A stretch of 64,000 nt of DNA, from assembly GCA_002633005.1 (NCBI GenBank), contig NMRA01000089.1, positions 986,372 through 1,050,371 on the forward strand, in the 5' to 3' direction. The first letter of the stretch is position 1. Every line of letters starts with the position of its first letter. A model generated the notes under the pieces. The model did not search any database. It worked only from the letters and a program-made list of their open reading frames with translations, and was not told where the DNA came from. Origin of the DNA: Phoronis australis (Eukaryota; Animalia; Phoronida). Below are positions 12,420-25,559 of the stretch, one piece after another. A program made the translations under genes and the position numbers.

Positions 12420-15400
12420 CAGCACACATCACGAGTTTTTGTCCGACCGGTCGGAAATTGGTCGACGACCGGCCGTCGACCGGTCGTCTAGCCGACCAGC
12501 AGCCGACCAACAACGGTCGGCTAGGAGCCGTCTTCTGAGTCGCCTCTGTGGTTGCCACTTGGGTCGGCTAATTGGTCGCCTAGCGTAGACGACCAATTCG
12601 AATTAAGCGTGTCCTTGGTCGGCAATTACCATTTCATGACTTAGCGGGTAAACTTTGGCCAAACAAACATTTAACTGTTCGCTGTTCGTTCATCACTGGC
12701 AACTCCGGTCTTGACATCGGTTTATCAACTTTTGTTTAACGTAAGCTTTATAATGAACTAGTGAGGGCGTTGTAAAATCAAACGTTAACTGATATTGCGG
12801 CCAAATTTCTGCCTCTTACTATGACACCTTTTACACAGTACTTTATGCAGGAAAACAAGCAAGAAATTTGAAAATTTACAATAAAATTGCAAACAAATCT
12901 GAATACAACGCTGGCTATTTTGCGACATCAAGTGTTTTCATGCCGCGGAATGCTCAACAAGCACCATGCATTCGGCCGTCATCTGTATAATGTGCTTCAC
13001 TACAGGTAATTATTGTTTATTTTTGTATAATTTCTTAATATGTTGGTACAGCAGAAGAACAACAGTTTATTTTAAGAATATCATAAACAACGGTTTCAAC
13101 ATAGTGCAGGAATTAAGATCATGGGCGCATTAAAATGGAAGAATGTGATCGGTTATAGTTTCATCCATGATCCATCATCATTCTGAGGTTGTTGTCACTT
13201 TCAGAGTAAGAAATTGTTTTGATGCTAGAGCCTTCCTATCTAGCCAGCTAGCTGTATGAAGACTATAGTCAAAATACAGCAAGGTGCCAATGTGTATTGA
13301 GCTCCGACAGACCTTGAAATTGCAAACAGCTCGAATAGTTACGCTCGTCACCTCACTGAAGCTTGTATCAACATGAGCTAAAGACCGGCGGTTTGCATGC
13401 AAAATCTCAATAGCTCACTTGCGAGTTTCTCGTTAGTCAATGTGACGTCACCGGAAGAGGTGCAAAACCCGCCATATTGGTCTTGTTTTGCCCCAAGTCC
13501 TTGCTACACACTCTAAATATAACTGGAGTTCTTATGATGAATTTTACGCTTAAAACGTTAACACAACTTAAGAGATGGTACATGGATCGTGGATTAATTG
13601 TGGATGGACGAAAAAAATGTGATCTTGTCATGTTGTGCGAAGCTGTGAACGGACTGAAATTGGAACTGAACTCGGTCTAGGCCTGAATGCCGCAGGCATA
13701 CACAAGGGCGATAGTATATCCCCAAAAAGTTACCCATATCAAAATACTGCTAATAAAATCAAATGAAACATGCATATTTGCCCATGGAGTTATTATTAAC
13801 ACATACCCAGACTCTGGATACATTTAGTCTACAAATAACTTTAACATATCCATGAAGACCTAGCGATTGATTGCTCGAGTTTCTCTCACCGAGCGCCATT
13901 TTGAGGAAGTTATGTGAAATCACGCCTGTTGACGAACAAAAGGTCCAAGTGACACAAATCTTACAAATTTCACGTGATATTTTTCATGCTATTTTGCAAG
14001 TGTCACGCGCCAGGTCTCGCGCTGAGCTCAGTCTCGCGCTAGCTGTTGCCTCATACTCACCTGACTCAGTTGAAATACATTGTGGTTATCGCGCGCGCGG
14101 TCAAAGTTAACAGCAACCACGAAGTGGAGTTGGAATTCTTCGCCAAAATCACCTGAATTCCCGTAGCTATGCTTCATCGAAGATATGTTTAGAAGCAGAA
14201 AGGGTCACTGAAGAAAGTGAGTGCCTTTTAGGTGATAATTTTAGGCGTAGAAAGTAATTTTGACGAGGTGAAAACTTAATCAGTGAGCGGATTTCGTCTA
14301 CCACCCGTTTAAATACACGGGACGAAATGATTGCAGAACGCGATAGAACATATTGTTGTGCGAATCTTAATTTCATTTGGCATAACAGCAATGCTTGTTT
14401 GGCATTTTTCGAACTAAGCGGCTAAAACCTTGAAGAAAATAAAAGAATACACTCTGCTACAGTGTTGGGCAAATGGCCAAACGACAAGCTTTTGCCCCAC
14501 TTCCAGTGACGTCACAGTCAGGTCTCTTATATTCTCGCGTTATTGTTATAAACTCGCAAAAGGACTATTGACATTCATCTTGACAGTTACGGACGTTTAA
14601 GCGAAAGATATCCGACGTCATTTTCTTGCATAATTCTCTGCATTGGTAACAAAGAAATGTGTGTCGTCGTTTTGAATGTAGTACATTCGTTACTCCTGCC
14701 ACTACTAGATTTTTTTCGACATCTCCCATTAGATGATGACAACATGGCAGCAAAGATTTTTTCTAAAATTCGGTTGAATGATATCAAATTCCAAAAACAT
14801 ATATTGAAGTGAAACCAATTCTAATAATTTGTTGAGGCATTTACGCAACCTCGAGGGAGAACGTCTGATTGAAGAATCTGGGAAAAAGAAACTGGTGATG
14901 CGCCGAAAGTCGACGCAAAAGATCACACCGCAATTTTAGTAGCAGAATAATTGTAGAAAAGTGATTTTTACAACGCCGGTAAATCATTTAGATTACTCAA
15001 GGAAGATTTTTTTCGGTCAGTTTTTACCCACTGAACGGCGCAAAGTTGTATATTTAATTTAGTAAACAGCTTCTCACCAACGCCGAGCCCTTTGGAGTAA
15101 AAACACAACACTTAGCGTTTCGCGTCTACTCCAAGGGGAAAAAATTATATCTATTTACGTGTCATTACAAACTTATCCTGTTGGGAGTTTCTTTCTCACA
15201 AAAGCGGTCTTCGAATGTAGAATCTAGACTATGGTATGTAGTGCTTGTCCTAGCATTTTAGTTCACGTTCTTTCCAAAAAATATCTATACGATTGTTTGT
15301 TTTCAAAGCAGTGGGAGATTGTGATCACATATAAATGTGAATGGCTTATTGTACGCGTACGTGCTATTCACAGTTATAACATACAATTTAACCGATATTA

Positions 15401-16955
15401 CAATCAACGTATGCTTAAAAACGTGCTCCGAGTCTTTGACCCCGCTGTAATCAGCATGCCGTAAACTTTATCTAAATTTTGAAGACGTGCTTTGTACTTG
15501 GCCTCGGTTTATTAATATAGGGTCCTGACAACACACGACTCTGAAAATTTTGAAAACGCAACACAGCGTTATTGTTATAAACTCGCAAAAGGACTATTGA
15601 CATTCATCTTGACCGAAACAATTTTTTACGCAGATACGTTTTCTGCCCACGAGTACATTTGGTATATGGCGACGTGGGCAGCAACGCTCTGAATGCATCA
15701 ACCAAACATATTAATTTTTGAGTATGCTCTCAAAGTGGACTTTTTTAAAACACCGTGTTGGAAGTATTCGTCAGTGTAGAAAAGGGAAATTAACAGATTT
15801 GTACACACTGCTCAAAGCACTTAAGCGGACATACGGAGACGCCAACCTCTCGGTTACAACGCTGCATTTGCTTGGCATTTCTGATGAAGCGCTCTCATGC
15901 TGGATTTTTTTAAGATTGAGCGCTGTTTCAAAATTGTTGTAGGTCATCTTACAGCTGAGCACAGAAGAATTATTCTGCACCTTGGTTCATTTTCTATCAT
16001 TTTTTCAACATCGCAATCGCTTTAACAAAGATTCATGCACATATGCCGTGTAGAGAAAATTACCTTTTCAACTCAGCGCAGATTTTAACGTCACCGATGT
16101 ACAAAAAAGGAATGCACAAAGCTAGAATTGGTTGTAGTCTAAACAGTGGTTATTCCGTGTTTGATGCCACTGCCGAAGTTCGTGGAAATCGTAACCATGT
16201 GATTTCGAAGTTAGAGCCATCAAAGTCCGTGCGTTTAGGGCATACTGGATCGTGAAGTTCGCGTCTGTACTGTAACGGTTAATCATATGAAAATAAAAAT
16301 CCCGGAGTGAGAGCTCTTCGATGTAACAACTCACTCACTGTCCCATCCTCATGGGCACGTGATAAGAGACCGGTGGAGAATTTTAAAAACGCAAGAAGAT
16401 GCAGTTCGGCGTAACACAAACAACAAACAATTGTGGGCAAAGATGGTCAACAATAGCTGCGTTTACAAAATGACTACAGCGTTGTATTGACCGGGAAGCA
16501 GCCAATCTAAAGCAGCTTGTTAAGGTCGCGAGTCAAATTAAAGACCAAATGTAAAGAAAATGTTCACGTTGCACTCTCCATGATTCAATGATAAAACCCC
16601 TTGCCCTCAATCTTCGAGTTAGTGGTGTTTCGCAACTGCGGTGAACACATGTAACGGAGAAGGTAAAACTAAGTTAATTTATTTGACCCTGTGCTAAAAC
16701 GAATAAGCATTGACACGCAAAGTGGTATCAACCTGACAACCCATTACGCAACTGCTACTCTAGCCTAAAAATAACAGCCGACCAGGTGGTCGGTTGATGG
16801 CCGGTTGGCTGAAGGGTCGGCTGGAGAGTCGCCTTATGAGTCGGCACTGCAGCCGGCTGCCGGTCGGCTGATTTTCCGGCAAATTTGCCGACCGGTCGGC
16901 GGCCGGTCGTCGACCAATTTCCAACCGGTCGGACAAAAATTCGTGATGTGTGCTA
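12420..16955 (+). mobile_element. Same family, copy C, inserted into copy B
   Basis: Both TIRs present. TA at 12418-12419 and 16956-16957. The flanks join to match the uninterrupted sequence of copy A near 9220-9260. Confidence 0.85.
13412..14566. mobile_element. Internally deleted ISL2EU-like (PIF/Harbinger-related) DNA transposon
   Basis: TIRs AG(C)TC..TTGCGAGTTT with an inner TGTGACGTCAC.GGAAG inverted pair. AT TSD at a caATtg site that is empty in copy A (~6094). SAP-like remnant on + (13534-13680) and THAP-like start MPNKHCCYAK*N*DS on - from 14405. Confidence 0.7.
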
Positions 16956-17089
16956 TAGGCCTTTATCAGTTGGTCGTTCACCTTGTTCCACAAATAAATA
17001 TTTTCTGTCAATAACATATTGGCAAATTATGAAAAATAAAACAATTGTTAACGGGAGGATGTGAATACGTGGTGAAGAGGTGTTGGTCT

Positions 17090-17381
17090 CAGTGGCGGAT
17101 CTATTATATCATAAAGGGTTGGCCAAGGTGTTGCCTCGGAGAATTGGGCAAAGCGCAATATTGTATGCACAGACGGCCCGGAAGTTGCGGGGGCTGGCTA
17201 TGTGGATCTGGTGGTGCCAAATTCTATCGGGAGACTAAAAAATAACGGGAACACGATTCCGCTGCGCCCTGTCCCCCACTGCCACTGGTGCACACGTATC
17301 TCCACGCTCTTACTGCTGTTTATTTTTCCTTGCACCAGCCAAGTGGGGCCCGGCCCCTGCCCCTCTCTAAATCCGCATATG
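17090..17381. mobile_element. MITE (CAGTGGCGGATCT...AAATCCGCATATG) with 5-bp TSD GGTCT, inside copy B
   Basis: Absent from the matching position of copy A (~9103). Imperfect TIRs; ggtct duplicated at both ends. Confidence 0.65.
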
Positions 17382-18409
17382 GGTCTCTACGCGGCATAAA
17401 TGCGTGAATCTTTGGTAAAGCGATTGCGATGTCAAAAAAAATGATAGAAAATACATCAAGGTGCACTTATTGAGAAACAAAGCGTCCGGTAATATTAATA
17501 GCGTATGATCTGGCCACCTCAGGGAGTAAGTGACACTGAATGACACCTGGCAGCTATATGAAAATAAAAATATCATGCTTGTATCGCCACCCCCCATCCC
17601 CGAGCTTTGCACATTCCAATGAGTCACCACGCGAGATTTGGTTTCTTTTCAGCAATAAAATTGCAGAATAATTCTTCTGTGCTCAGCGGCAAGAAGGCCT
17701 ATAATTTTTTAAAACAGTGCTCAATCTTGATAAAATTTCAAGCATGAGAGCGCTTTATCAGAAATGCCAAGCACACGCAACGTTGCAAGACAGAGGCATC
17801 GGCGATTCCGTATGTCCACAGAAGTTTTTTGAGCAGTGTACGAATTTGTTCATTTCGCATTTCTACACCGTCGTATACGGTCAACAAGGTGTTTTAAAAA
17901 AGTCCACTTTTGAGGGCATTTTCAAAAATTAATGTTTGGTTGACGCATTCAGCGAGGCGGTGCCCACGGGCACACATGAAATGTACGCGTGGGTAAAAAA
18001 AAACGTATCTGCGTAAAAAATAGCTGCGTTTTCAAAACATTCCGAGCATGAACTCAAGGACTACCTGAGAAAGGAAATAAAATCGAATACCAAACAGAAA
18101 CTTGTCCAATGAATATGTAGCTCTTGGAAAACTGGAACCGTTAAGAAATGTGCAAAATACGTACAACCTTTACGGAAGGTTGTATCAGAACTGTTTCGTT
18201 GCAGTGGAGCCTCCACGGGATAATGAAAACATTGTTGTAAACTAGATACTCGTAGCTGAATGGAAAGCTGAAGCGGAATAATCCAGAACACACATTTTAT
18301 ATTCAGGAATTGAAATCTCTGTAAAACCAAAAACAATTGGCAACCAGGATTTATTGCGACAGAAAACATCAGGCCAGGAGAGAATTGTTTTTATGCCCGG
18401 AGACTACTA

Positions 18410-18815
18410 GGCCCGGTCTCCAATCTTTTTACTCGAAATGGAACTCGAAATTAGGTTTGGCATTTTCTACTCTAATTTTGGGCAAACTCGAGATAAGTGT
18501 CTATTATTCTATGCTCGAGAACACAATAACTTACGTAGATAATTTATTGCCCTTAGTTCACAGTTTGTAAACCCAATATTAAAGCAATAAGTTGGAGATT
18601 GAATTCGAAATTTCGAGTTTTTACTCGAGTTTGTAGCACGAATATAAGGGTCTTCAAGGGCAAACTTGAACTAGAAACTCCTATGCAGAAACTATACTGT
18701 AATGTGTTCGAGCACAGTCTGATAACCAATTATCTTACCTTCGCACAAAAGGAGCAGAGAAATTGTCAAAAATATTTTCGAGTTCATTTCGAGTACAAAG
18801 ATTAGAGACCGGGCC
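18410..18815. mobile_element. PIF/Harbinger-type MITE inside copy B
   Basis: ~40-bp TIRs GGCCCGGTCTC.AATCTTT.TACTCGAAATG, 3-bp flanks cta/ctg, absent from copy A (~8097). Confidence 0.75.
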
Positions 18816-20497
18816 CTGGTCACCCATTATGCAAGGATACTCATACATTGGTGTCTATTGTAAAACGTGGATTAGACGACAGAAATTCAACCGCATTTCC
18901 AATATGTCTGTCGTCGGCGAGGGGTTGAACACTTAGCCCTTGTTTATACGTGTAGTACGGACATTATCACTTTGAAGGATCAATGCTTGGGAATGGTGAC
19001 GTGGTGTCCTGGCGTGAAAAGTTACTGGCATGTTAAGTTTTTTGACCTTATTTATTAAATTTTCAGTTCGGTTGTGTTTAATTTTGATCCTGAAGAGAAC
19101 AATTTTTGGTCCTCACGTGGTAAAGTAAAGGTGCTGATGTGATAAATTCTCAGTTTTGACGTGGTGGATTGTGGTCTTGGTTTGTTTTTTGGTCTTCTGT
19201 GTGAAAACAATCTCGATGTATTGGACTATTTTAATTCTTGCTTAATTAACAGTTCTGGTTTTGAGATATTCATTTTTGGTCTTGGAGAGTTAACACGTTT
19301 TGCTTGGTTTTAATCTTGCATAGAAAATATAAGTCGTTAAATGTTTTCACTTTGGCCTTCCATAAATGTGGTAGAGCAGGTTTTGTAGCATTGCACTATG
19401 TAACTTCTGATATAAATCTAGGTTTTGTAATTTAGTAATACTATGAAAAATGAGTAGTTTTGACTATGAAAAATGAGTAGTTGTAGCTTCTTTTGAAATC
19501 TTGTATCCTTTGCTTATACCTGGTGTAGATGACTCAGATCCTTATTATCCTCTGTGGCTTAACAACAATGTATCTTCATGCATGCCGGTAATAGAGGTAC
19601 TCCCACGATGATCAATTATGTCTATGTTTTTTTTTCTAATGATGTATGCTTCTAATGTACATTTATTAATCATACTTTTGCAGTGGTTCGTAACAAAAGG
19701 ATTCATTAAACCCAGTAAATATTTTTGCAACTGCCGATTTACATATTAGGCATGCATATTGCATCATACCTCATAAGAGTTAAACTTGTTATCAGTCATA
19801 GTAGAAACAATTATTTTTATCATTGTCACAAGACGTTAACAAAAGCAGTCAGCGTCTGTAACTGTTGAGTCTACATTGCAGATGAATAAACGTCGGTCAA
19901 AACCCATTTTTATAACGCTGATTCATACCAAAGATTTGAAATCGCGTCCCCTTATGAGATTTGATTCGCCCTGGTGATCACTAGAATCGATGCAATAAAC
20001 TTATACAAGTTGTTTTTTAACCTGCGTAAAGAACTGCACATTGTGTGCCTTTTCGTTTGCGAGAGTGTTCTTTTGAATCACTGGGCTAATCATTTTTACG
20101 CTCTACACGACAACACAGACTACTTTCGTTAGAATTACATGTACATGTACCAAGGTGTGGTCTTTTGCGTAGAAATTCGACGTAATGAAATATTGCGTCA
20201 CCTATTAGACAGTTTCTTTTTCCAAGATTCTTCAATCAAACGTACTCCCTCTAGGTCGCGCAAATGTAAGAACAAATGATCATAATTAGTTTCACTTCAT
20301 TACATGAATTATGACTTTTGATATCAGAAAACCGAATTTTAGAACAAATTTTGCTGAGATGTCATCATCTAATGGGAGATGTCAGAAAAGTTCTGTAAGT
20401 GGAGCGTGTCTCTATTGAGCTCTTTTCAAAACGACGACATACGTTTTTTTTTACAAAAAACAGAGAATTACGCAAGAAATGACGCTGGATGTTTTTT

Positions 20498-21221
20498 TAA
20501 TGTTCATTACGAAATCTTCAGAAAACATTGAAAATACATAACCCAGAAAGCGCCAAGAGGCATTAGATCTGGGTAAAAAAATACAAAGAAGTCTATATAC
20601 AATGATTATATGCGAATACATAAATAAAAAAATGATGTTAAGAATACAATGATATCTGAAAACGAATGGAAATAATTCATTTTCATTAAGATGTACATGT
20701 ATAACATTCTATCCATTCACACAAAGAGATTTAATGTTATAAAGAAATGCTGATACTATTTCAATTAAAACCTTTTTTCGTTTGAGTTAAGTTCTTGACA
20801 TCCATACAGAAAGAAATTAATTTCGTTGTACAATTGCGGAATTTCAGAAAATGTTTTATAAACATCGGGGTATTGTTCGAGTGCCTGGAAGAGCTGTACC
20901 CTCTCCTCCTTGCATACATCACAAGCAAAGAAAACATGAGGATATGTCTGGGTATCTCCACAGGAAGAAAGAGGCGAAATATTATTAAAATAATGTCTAA
21001 ATTTCTCGTTGTTTAGGAATAGACCACATCTTTTTCTGTATAGGGTTAATTCATGGTTGCTGGGAAGTTGCAATGATGTCAATGGGACTGGCAAGTTGGA
21101 GTAGTGGTATGCATTTTAAAGTTATATTTGAGAGTGACGATCGAAGTGCTTTCTTTTATTTAGAATGGTAAGGAATTCCAATTATCAATACAAGTTAATA
21201 TCGTTGATCTTCTGAAGGACA
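20498..21221 (-). mobile_element. 5'-truncated CR1/L2-group LINE (ORF2 C-terminus plus 3'UTR) inside copy B
   Basis: ORF 20765-21094 has the ISP..SCG..T..H.FF.C...R..LF...FFLYG pattern of LINE ORF2 C-termini. TSD-like gatgtttt at both ends. Absent from copy A. Confidence 0.7.
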
Positions 21222-24200
21222 GATGTTTTTCGGTTAAACATCCGTAACGGGCAAGTTGAATGTCAATTGACTTCCAGATTTTGCATGCACACCCGCGGGT
21301 CTTTAGCTCATGTTGATAGAAGCTTCACGACGAGGTGACGAGCATAACTATCCGGGTTGTGTGCAATTTCGAGGTCTGTCGGAGCTCAATACACAAAGGC
21401 AACTTGCTGTATTTTGACAATAGTCTTCATGCAGCTAGCTGACTAGATAGGAGGCCTATAGCTTCAAAACCATTGTTTTACTCCGAAAGTGACAACAAAT
21501 TCAGAATGAAGATGGGTGATGGATTACATTATAAACCGATCACATTCTTACGTTTTCATGCCACCATGTTCTTAATATCGGCGTTATGTTCAAACCATTG
21601 TTTTGTGTTGTTCTTAAAATAAACTTGAGTTTTACTGCTGTACAAACATAGTAAGAAATTATACAGAAATAAACAATGATAATCTGTGGTAAAGCGCATT
21701 ATACAGCGTGATGAAGTGATGATCAAGAGCAATAACAGATGAGAGCGAATGCGTGCTGCTTGTTGAGCATTCCGCGGCATGACAACACTTGAGGTCGTAA
21801 ACCAGCCAGCGAAAACTATCCATTTATTGTCTGGCCTGCTTTACTTAAATGACACCTCGCCAAAATGTCCTTGCAGCCCAGATGCCTCGGCCAATCAAAA
21901 TGAGTAATATCTTTTTTGAAGTAAATATCAGATGCTGTCATTCATATCAGGATATTTCCGTGTATATACGGCTAAGAAATATATTTGTAGGCCTTACTTC
22001 ATGAATACCTAATGGCTGCCGAACAAATACGGAGCATAATAATGACAATACCCATTCTGATTTTGTCAATTGGCACACGAGACCAGCTTTGTTTATATCC
22101 GTCATTAGCAACCTTTTAGCAACCAGGAAGAACAGGCAGCCATTTTGACCGCTTGAGTACATCAGCTATGATTTTGATCGGAATTTTATTGCGTCTCTTC
22201 GATGCAACACAGATTGAAAATGGGGTAAAAAGAACGAGCGGTGAAGCCAACTTTTGAACTAGCGAAGGGGAGAAGGAAATACATGTATCAGCTTTCCAAA
22301 GCACTTGGGAAAAGTCCACATTTAATAAGGCGCAAGTCAACGATTCGGCTTGTGTCGCTAGTGATAACGAATGCTAATTGTCGGAGGCATCTTAAACTTT
22401 AAACACCTAATTCTTTCATACAAAGCATTAACTGAAAAATAACCCATTCGTTTTCGAACTCGATTTCAGTAATTTGGACAGATCAAGCATGGTTGTAACG
22501 TTTATTCAGGGGCCTCGTTCATCGAAGGGGAAAGATGTCTCTGCTTTCTGATAGGAGAATTTTTAGCCGGATGAGGGTAAAAATCTACATCGTGATCACC
22601 ATTAATAGCACACTCGCACTGTTGTAAGCTCTGATAGGCTCTTTTTCTAGTAGCATTTTGTGCCTTTTCAAATTGTCAACCTGTGTGCTTACAGCTGATT
22701 TGAACTTCGAGAGGTAATTTTTAGTCATTTAATCGAAATTTTAGCCCTTGTTCGGGGTAGAATTTTGCGTGATTTTTCACTTAGGGCTGATATTTGGACT
22801 TGAGGGTCCTGTACTTTTTGGAAAGAACTGCTTCATATTTCAACCAGTATTCATTAAAGCAGCCTGCTGGTCGAAGATTCACCGGTTGTTGATGTGACGC
22901 TTGGCAATTACCGAGACACGAGAAAATGTGATCAAACTTTCGAAAAAAATATCGAGTTACCCTGAAATATTTCCCTTTGCCGCAGCGTATGAAAACTGCC
23001 CAACTCTTTTAAATCGTGTTCAAGGATTTTAAAAAAGAGTTGAATGTCTGCCGTTAGAGCAATGCGGAATACAAATATGCAAAGTGAGCATTCTTTTGGA
23101 GTGCGCTCCTTGTCTGCTTGATTCAGGCATATATAAATCTACGGTCAAATATCGTGTGATTACAAGGTGAAATGCCTCTTGTGTGGTTGGATATTATAAC
23201 TGTTAGCGGCAAACAGTCATTACAATGATATTGGGAATTCTGTAACTTAGTAGTGAGAGCTCTAGACAGGCTCTCTAGAAACCAGTGGTTTGATTCCGAG
23301 GTGGTGTTCCATAACTTTACCGTTATTTGATTTACAGATATGCTGATCCTGAAATTAATTTTTTTTTTCGTTTGCAGATACCACTAATTCAACTGGAAGT
23401 GGAAGAGTTGGCGGTAGGTCGATTATTTTTCTTTAATTTTAGGCTTATTCTGTTCATTGGTGACATATATCTAAGCATACATGTACGTAAACAGAAAATG
23501 GCTTTAACGAGCTCTCACCATGCATTGAGGTTTCAATTGGCTAATATTAAATGAATACCGCTTTTAATGCCAAAGAGTAGCGAAATTTTAAATTTTGAAG
23601 ACAAATGTGTCACTTCCAACTTTCACACCAAATGATGTAATGGGTGAAAGAGATCTGGTCACTTTTCAATCATTTAAAAAGGTAGAACACAGCGGATCAA
23701 CAGACAAGGAATATTTTGAGCGAAAACTGGACGATTATTACGCAGAGAGGGAATTGAGAGGATAGCAGCATCACTCAAGTACTTGAAGAATCAGAAGTAG
23801 AATTCGATTTCTCACTTAGTGATCTTTCCCCATATGAACTCGATCCACCTGTACGAGAATTGCTGCAGACATAAAGGAGCACAACCAACTGAACCAAAGG
23901 GTAATCATTTCTCCCAAAATAGACACTGAGAAAGGGGACAGTAAACTTGGGTCACTTTTATTCACTATATTGTCATGATGAACCCATGATTTAAACACAA
24001 TCCATAGGCGTACACGTGTCGTACTAATCAATCTGGGCCGTGACCTGGTATCGTTCGCCCAAGAATTAAAAGAGTACTTTATATAATTTGCAAATGCACT
24101 TACATGACGGAAAGTACGTCATCATATCGGCGTGTTTGTGTTTGGTCGAAATACTAGTCCGTGTATTGGGCCGGACAAAGTTTGGCTCCTGGCTGAATCG

Positions 24201-25113
24201 GATGCTTCACACTGACACGCAACACTTTCGTGTAGCGCACAAACCGATGACCTTTCTGTGCAACTTTCACGTATTCAGCAAATTTGAACGCGGAGAAGTA
24301 CTCAGTCAAGTTGCTGTCACTACAGCCTCCACAAACGCACCTGTTTATGTGTGAAAAGGCGGCTCTCCGAAAACTTTCCTGACAACTCAGTTCTAAGTAT
24401 CGCTCTGGTAAAAACAACAACGACTGGGAAGGTCTTCCAGTATTACGTACAACCCCATTAACAGAGGGATATTTTTTGTCTTGTTTCTTAGCAACAGGTA
24501 CACCAAATAGTATTAAGATGTACTGTTTTAATAATTTTTTGAAACACATGGTCTTGGTGGGAACTTTTTAACGACAAGCAGTAACAGCGTCATTTACTCA
24601 ACAACATAATTTCATTAGTTGTTGATATCTGTAAGAGGCATCATTTGAAATATATCTGATTTCAGTAAAAATATATTAATCAGTCCCGCGGGAAACTAGG
24701 GCGCAACATCGTCACATATATATTGGTGGATAGGCGTACCTTTTTGTTCTCTTTGTTTTTCTTCCTCATAATAAAGATACTGGCAAGACGCGACAAAAGG
24801 AGACAATGGTGACGTCTCATAGGCTATTTATTTACCTAAACATCATTCAACAAAGAATGGACTCACCGGAGACAGCCCAAGAGTTCTTATCTCTGCGGCG
24901 AAGGATGTTGAAGTTGATTTTCCGATGAGTTGCCAGCAGTCACTGGTACGGTGCGCGGCTTATTCGCTCTGCGGCTGGGTTAAAGATCTTTCATAGGCCT
25001 AACTATCCCCAATTCCCGTACCAGGATGAATTTCAAAAATAACTTGACAGATGTGATATGCGACGTTGATGTTGAAATTGCGCCATATTTTTATGTTGAT
25101 TTCCTTTGTTGGT

Positions 25114-25338
25114 TTATAATTCATATATTGCAATGTAGGCATCCAGGGGAGGCTTGGATGTACTTGTGACTGTAGAGTCGTCAAAATTTATCCATTCCCA
25201 TGTGTAATGACCACCTGTCGTGTTTCTTCCATGGTGTTCAATGACTGCTTTTATTTTGTAGCCGGAGAGGTTACACGAGGAAATCTTTGTGTTGATTTTT
25301 TCACCATTAGTCGCGATTCGTAAGATATGAATACAAAT
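25114..25338 (-). pseudogene. C-terminal fragment of a compact ubiquitin-specific protease (peptidase C19) domain
   Basis: Open 75 codons: ICIHILRIATNGEKINTKISSCNLSGYKIKAVIEHHGRNTTGGHYTWEWINFDDSTVTSTSKPPLDAYIAIYEL*. Shows the USP His box (AVI.H.G....GHY), FDD and AYI..Y motifs. Confidence 0.75.
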
Positions 25339-25559
25339 ACTACGTACTTACACGGATCGTGTAAGTTAAACAATAGTCATCTGGCTTGGATGTGCAATTA
25401 CTTGAGGAAAATAGCCAATGCAAAAGGAAATCATACCGAATTCAAAGACTAACAAAACCTAAAAAACAAACAAAAAGCTCACCAAGAGAACAAATTAAAC
25501 TGAATGTCTTAGCAGTGTATTCAAAAACAAGGTTGTCTGAAAATAGACTGATGAAGTTT

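Larger units (their letters stand above)
11539..21811 (-). mobile_element. Same family, copy B, inverted, lacking its left end, hosting copy C and other insertions
   Basis: 11539-12419 is the reverse complement of ~9236-10178. 16956-21811 is the reverse complement of ~5560-9237. Confidence 0.82.

Noticed and set aside
11508-12558. Pro/Arg-rich ORFs with repeated GRKLVDDRPSTGR (also at 4900-5100 and 16760-17017)
   Set aside because: Chance translations of GC-rich TIR and subterminal repeats, not a protein family.
24890-24990. Hammerhead-like motif (ccgatgag) in the USP insert tail
   Set aside because: The core deviates from CUGANGA and no properly placed GAAA or stems were found.
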